This document shows positions 16,389 to 20,592 of a stretch of DNA of 20,592 bases, piece by piece. How positions within the stretch are numbered: the first letter of the stretch is position 1; the number at the start of each line of letters is the position of its first letter. Both the position numbers and the translations under genes were made by a program. The notes below the pieces were generated by a model that did not search any database, was not told where the DNA came from, and saw nothing but the letters and a program-made list of their open reading frames with translations. This stretch comes from Candidatus Hodarchaeota archaeon (GTDB taxonomy: Archaea > Asgardarchaeota > Heimdallarchaeia > Hodarchaeales > Hodarchaeaceae), in the NCBI GenBank assembly GCA_029856365.1, contig JAHQWW010000068.1, positions 1 through 20,592 on the forward strand. Direction: 5' to 3'.

Positions 16389-17492
16389 TTAAGCAAAAAG
16401 GTTGACGATTGAATCCAATGTTGAGACACCTAAAAGCAAGCAGCTTAGAATGCCCAAAACTAGACACCCTAGTCCACCAAAAATCGGGAGGGGAAGACCA
16501 GGTAAAGCACGATCTTTTTTCAATAATCTAAAAGTATAATACGCACCTACAAAGAGTCCAATGAGTGATGTAATTAGGGGAATTGGAGTAGCCAATTTAA
16601 TTCCTATCACTACCGCAGCACTGATCAACATACTGAAAAAGGCAAAATCCCCAAGTCCTATGTTTATTAAAGGAGTAGAATAGACAGGAAGCGCAGGTAA
16701 CAAGGGTACTTTCTCATATTCCACTTCATTTTGAAAATCCATGCTTTCTTCGAATTGATTAGCAGTTTCACGGCCATGTTCAATAATTCCTTTTAGTGGA
16801 CCACGAAACACAGCATAAATGTCATACAATGATAAACCTACTAAGATAAAAAGAGTAGTAAGTAAACCAAGATGTATAGCCAACATCGAACCAATCATTG
16901 CGCCAAAAAATATCATCATCAGATTTCGGAGCCAAATCTTATCAAAACTCTGAATTCCAAATGAAAATATACCAAGTAAACCTAAGAGGATAGCAAAAAT
17001 GTACAACAGAATTTCAATCACGAAAATCTGTTGTGTCCCGATTGTTACACGCCACTCGAAAGAATGATTAATCCAATTCTGAATGAATAAAGGAAGAATA
17101 GTCCATGACAAGTTTAAAACTTCAATTAGAACAACAGCTCCATAGAATAAACCAAAAACAAACCAGCTAAATCCCATCATCGCTGCAAAGAAATAAACTA
17201 AAAGTTGCATGAATCCTTTCTTTATTATAACCAGAACTATCAATCCTCCAATAAATGCCAATGTAACATAAAAAAGCATATTTAGAGTTGCTCCCAAGGC
17301 GATTCCACCTGGATCCTCTGGATTTTCAGGAATTGGGGAAATATCTGGAATTTCTGTGTTTGCCAATGCATAATAATCAAGTGTGAATAAGGATAAAATA
17401 ATTGCAATCAGGAGTACAAAAACTATAGGCTGTATAAACGCCTGTAACTTTGCTTCGCGGGGTTCGTGTTTTTCAGTTAAACTTTCACTCAT
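16389..17492 (-). CDS. Presenilin-family GxGD intramembrane aspartyl protease
   Basis: LSLYDIYAVFRGPLK (YD), IGLGDFAFFSML (GxGD), ALPGLPLPI (PAL-like) and about nine TM helices. Confidence 0.93.
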   Translation of the reverse strand: MSESLTEKHEPREAKLQAFIQPIVFVLLIAIILSLFTLDYYALANTEIPDISPIPENPEDPGGIALGATLNMLFYVTLAFIGGLIVLVIIKKGFMQLLVYFFAAMMGFSWFVFGLFYGAVVLIEVLNLSWTILPLFIQNWINHSFEWRVTIGTQQIFVIEILLYIFAILLGLLGIFSFGIQSFDKIWLRNLMMIFFGAMIGSMLAIHLGLLTTLFILVGLSLYDIYAVFRGPLKGIIEHGRETANQFEESMDFQNEVEYEKVPLLPALPVYSTPLINIGLGDFAFFSMLISAAVVIGIKLATPIPLITSLIGLFVGAYYTFRLLKKDRALPGLPLPIFGGLGCLVLGILSCLLLGVSTLDSIVNLFA

Positions 17493-17559
17493 TTGCTTTC
17501 ACGAAAGACGCGAACATAAAGTGAAAATAAAAATACTGGAACGAGAACTATACAACCAA

Positions 17560-18561
17560 ATGAGATATCTCGAAAATCTAGGAGAATCTAATGTTATCAA
17601 TCTCCTACAAGTATATATTGACTCTTCTGACCTTCTTGGGACTAATGAAGACGCTTATCTTTATAACAATATCCTTCCTTATATTCTTGTTAATGTTGAC
17701 ACAATGTCTAGGGATTCTGATTTTCTACCACAGCAGACATGGAGACAACTTGGAGCAAAGTTAGTAACCATAACTTTTTCTGACCTAGTAGCAAAAGGGG
17801 CAACACCCGACTTATTCATATCCTCTTTGGTCTTAGAGAGTTTAATGAGAGAAGATGAACTCATAGAATTAGTCTCGGCAATCCAAAAAACAAGTCATGA
17901 ATATGGTGCAAGATACCTAGGAGGCGACTTAGGCACTTCGACCGAAACAGTTTTGACAGGAGTAGGACTGGGTTCCATCAAAAAAGGAACTATTTTAACT
18001 AGACGAAACGCGAAGAATGGAGATCTTGTCTGTGTTACGGGGTATTTTGGATTGACTTCTATAGGATTAGACTATCTATTATCTCCAATAAATAGAAAAT
18101 ATGATAAAATCCCAGATGAACTTCTTGAACTAAGCACAGCACTGCTTTATGAACCACGACTTAGACTTACGGAGGGTGTGTTACTGGGAAAACATAATTT
18201 AGCAACTTCCTCAATTGATAGTTCCGATGGATTAGCTATTTCATTGCACTGGCTATCACAAGCTTCAAATATTGGTATTGTCGTGTATAATCTCCCTATC
18301 CATCCAGAGTTGGAACCATTTCTAGAGTCATTTGATAAAATTCAGGAGATTACGATGTTTGGTGGTGAAGAATATGAGCTAATCTTTACTGTTGCCCCTT
18401 CTAAATTAGAGCAGTTAAAAAGCATTTTCAGGAAGAATGACAGCCAGTTCTTCGTTATTGGTGAATGTATCGATTCTAAAGGTGTTTTTATTTCTCAAAA
18501 AGAAGTGTTAATACCCGTACCTATGAGAGGATGGGATACTTTTCGAAAGAAAGTACATTGA
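17560..18561 (+). CDS. thiL: Thiamine-monophosphate kinase
   Basis: LGESNVI, SDLVAKGATP, GGDL, RRNAKNGDLVCVTG, IDSSDGL and GGEEYELIFTV; real start placed at ATG 17560 to avoid overlap with presenilin. Confidence 0.93.
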   Translation: MRYLENLGESNVINLLQVYIDSSDLLGTNEDAYLYNNILPYILVNVDTMSRDSDFLPQQTWRQLGAKLVTITFSDLVAKGATPDLFISSLVLESLMREDELIELVSAIQKTSHEYGARYLGGDLGTSTETVLTGVGLGSIKKGTILTRRNAKNGDLVCVTGYFGLTSIGLDYLLSPINRKYDKIPDELLELSTALLYEPRLRLTEGVLLGKHNLATSSIDSSDGLAISLHWLSQASNIGIVVYNLPIHPELEPFLESFDKIQEITMFGGEEYELIFTVAPSKLEQLKSIFRKNDSQFFVIGECIDSKGVFISQKEVLIPVPMRGWDTFRKKVH

Positions 18562-18615
18562 AAGGTTAATAATAAAATGACTTAAAAATTGATGAATTAA
18601 TTATGAAAGACGAAA

Positions 18616-18688
18616 TGCGCCGACCGGGATTTGAACCCAGGTCACCTGTGTGGCAGACAGGAGTCTTACCAGGCTGGACTATCGGCGC
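18616..18688 (-). tRNA. tRNA-Gly(GCC), intronless
   Basis: GCGCCGA TA GTCC AGCCTGGTA AGAC T CCTGT CT GCC AC ACAGG TGAC CTGGG TTCAAAT CCCGG TCGGCGC A. Confidence 0.96.
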
Positions 18689-18905
18689 TTGATATAATTT
18701 TCCCTTAAAACTGATTCATGTTGAAATATTCTTCGATAAAAGGCTCTATTAGGGAAGAAGTTGCACTTTAATACCGTTTTCCTTCTTTTCATTAATTTTT
18801 TCATTGATTACTTTAGTGAGAGGAAATTAATCTATTAAATAAATAATCATGTTTCTTGACTTAGATACTTTATAATCATGATTATGACATATTCCAAATT
18901 TAAAT

Positions 18906-19700
18906 TTAGTCACTTGGTTCCATTTTATTCTGAAGATTAAGATTGATCCATTTCAATACTCCCATCAGCGTAGTCAGCTCGCGTCCTGTAACATATCCTC
19001 GGGAGAGAATATTGGAAAACGCCTGTACAGCTATATGATATTTTTCAGGGTGGTATTTCGTGGTTTCTATTAATTGTTCAAAGTAATTCAATAATAATTG
19101 TCGTTCTTTGTAAGAAGCAACACGAAATTTTGGTTTAACTTTAGAATCAGGATGATTAATCTCTTGAAACTTTTGAGAAAGAAAGTAGAGTATAATCGCG
19201 ACTGCATGTGATATATTCATAACAGGATAGGACATGTGTGTTGGAATATTAACCAGTAGATCACACAATTCGATTTCCTCATTAGATAAGCCATATTGTT
19301 CTCTCCCAAAAACAATTGCTAGCTTACTGCAATCAAATTCTTCTCTCAATAGTTGCTCTGGAGGAATTGCAACTCTTTTTAGGTTGTAATCGCTTCCTAT
19401 TCGAGCCGTGGTACCAATCACAAACTTAAAATCTTCACGAATATCCTGAAGCTTCGAAATTAACAGCGCTTGATTAATTATAATTTCAGCACGACGAGCT
19501 ACAATCTTAATCTTTGGATCAGATAAATCAAGACGAGGATTAACAATGATAAGGTCTGAAAAACCGAAATTCATCATCGCACGAGCAATATTACCTAAGT
19601 TTTGAGGTTTACTTGGTTCCACCAAAATTACAGACAAAAAATCCTGGCTTTTCCTTTTCTTTGACTTAGTAGAGCTATAATTATTGTTCACTCCAATCAT
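18906..19700 (-). CDS. trmJ: SPOUT-class tRNA (C32/U32) 2'-O-methyltransferase, TrmJ family
   Basis: VILVEPSKPQNLGNIARAMMNFG, IGTTAR, VFGREQYGLSNEEIELCD and YPVMNISHAV. Confidence 0.93.
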   Translation of the reverse strand: MIGVNNNYSSTKSKKRKSQDFLSVILVEPSKPQNLGNIARAMMNFGFSDLIIVNPRLDLSDPKIKIVARRAEIIINQALLISKLQDIREDFKFVIGTTARIGSDYNLKRVAIPPEQLLREEFDCSKLAIVFGREQYGLSNEEIELCDLLVNIPTHMSYPVMNISHAVAIILYFLSQKFQEINHPDSKVKPKFRVASYKERQLLLNYFEQLIETTKYHPEKYHIAVQAFSNILSRGYVTGRELTTLMGVLKWINLNLQNKMEPSD

Positions 19701-19981
19701 CTCAATACTAAACCGACTCTTCAGTATCCAATTGTGAGTAGGATGAAGTCATACTCGCTATTTGAGGGGGATAACATGAATACAAGGGTTAATACTACTC
19801 CAAGAATTTGGGACAAGTAGATATGGCTCAAATATATAATATCAGCTCATTTCAAGGTAGTGCATTCTCTTTTAAAGAACTTAAAGCTTCAACTACTCAA
19901 AGTCACTCCTTAAAAAAGATAAAAATTGATAATCATAATGCTAATCTTGCCTCCTAGGCGGCATTACTACACCTCTAGAAT

Positions 19982-20140
19982 GCGGGGGTAGCCAAGCCAG
20001 GTCAAAGGCGGCATTTATTGGGCTAGATGATAGCTTAGCATATCATAATAGCGCCGTCCAAAGGCGCTGGACTTAAGATCGCTTTTCGATAAGCAATCCA
20101 GTCATATAGATGTACGTGGGTTCAAATCCCATCCCCCGCA
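19982..20140 (+). tRNA. tRNA-Leu(TAA) with two introns: 21/22 (20006-20061, 56 nt) and 37/38 (20078-20095, 18 nt)
   Basis: Spliced form GCGGGGG TA GCC AAGCCAGGTCAAA GGC G CTGGA CT TAA GA TCCAG TCATATAGATGTAC GTGGG TTCAAAT CCCAT CCCCCGC A; anticodon intron has a perfect BHB (CTTA/TAAG); D-loop intron helix GGTC/GTCC with AAA bulges. Confidence 0.92.
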
Positions 20141-20162
20141 TATTCCATCATGAAAAGAAATA

Positions 20163-20592
20163 CTACACACTTTTTTCTCTCTCTCCAATCAAATAAGTTG
20201 GACCAGCATCTGTTACGTGTATTTTCAAAACTTGACCTATTGAAAGCTTCTCACCCTCGATTAATACTGGTAAATATGATGTATTTCTACCAATAAATTG
20301 ATCGGTATATTTTCCATAATCATAAATTAAGATTATTCCCTCCCACCCAATCCATTTTCTCAGCTCTCTCCTAGCAATGTCGCGAGTGAGTTCAGTTAAT
20401 TCTCTACTTCGACTAGCTTTTATTTTTGTTGGAATCTTAGGAGAAAGTTGTGAGGCTAAAGTTCCAGGACGATCTGTGTATTTAGAAATATTTACAATAG
20501 TAGGACTTACTTCTCGCAGAAGTTGTTTTGTTGCTTCGTAATCTTTTTGAGATTCTCCAGGAAAACCAACCATTATATCAGTTGCTAATACT
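20163..20592 (-). CDS. MiaB-like radical-SAM tRNA methylthiotransferase (probably e-MtaB/CDKAL1 type), C-terminal part with TRAM domain; 5' end outside window
   Basis: LATDIMVGFPGES, VNISKYTDRPGT, KASRSREL and GRNTSYLPV; frame open to the window edge. Confidence 0.88.
   Translation of the reverse strand, partial: VLATDIMVGFPGESQKDYEATKQLLREVSPTIVNISKYTDRPGTLASQLSPKIPTKIKASRSRELTELTRDIARRELRKWIGWEGIILIYDYGKYTDQFIGRNTSYLPVLIEGEKLSIGQVLKIHVTDAGPTYLIGEREKSV

Noticed and set aside
17383-17559. N-terminal extension of thiL in the ORF track
   Set aside because: Overlaps the divergent presenilin start; ThiL similarity begins at Met 17560.
4865-17864. Short ORFs at 4865, 5987, 8064, 9939, 10133, 11888, 13403, 14851 and 17679
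   Set aside because: All lie antisense to and largely within well-supported genes and show no motifs.
19743-19841. 32-codon ORF between trmJ and tRNA-Leu
   Set aside because: Too short, no motif, within chance expectation.

Overview
AT-rich archaeal chromosome segment, most likely from an Asgard archaeon (inferred from a eukaryote-like presenilin, a DPM2-like protein and a probable profilin-fold protein alongside archaeal aRF1, eL37, eL40, Sm, Rpp21 and ACD-beta). It is mostly housekeeping: glmS, pyrH, thiL, aRF1, rtcA, trmJ, cutA, a UbiA-family phosphoribosyltransferase and a truncated MiaB/e-MtaB methylthiotransferase. The main signal missing from the ORF track is five tRNA genes carrying eight bulge-helix-bulge (BHB)-type introns, five of them at non-canonical positions: tRNA-Phe has three introns (15/16, 22/23, 37/38), tRNA-Glu two (about 44/45 and 59/60), tRNA-Leu two (21/22, 37/38), tRNA-Gly(TCC) one and tRNA-Gly(GCC) none. 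These tRNAs lie among RNA-processing genes. A roughly 650-bp non-coding gap holds inverted ORB-like boxes and is a candidate replication origin. No mobile elements or CRISPR arrays were seen. All calls are by eye; no searches were run.
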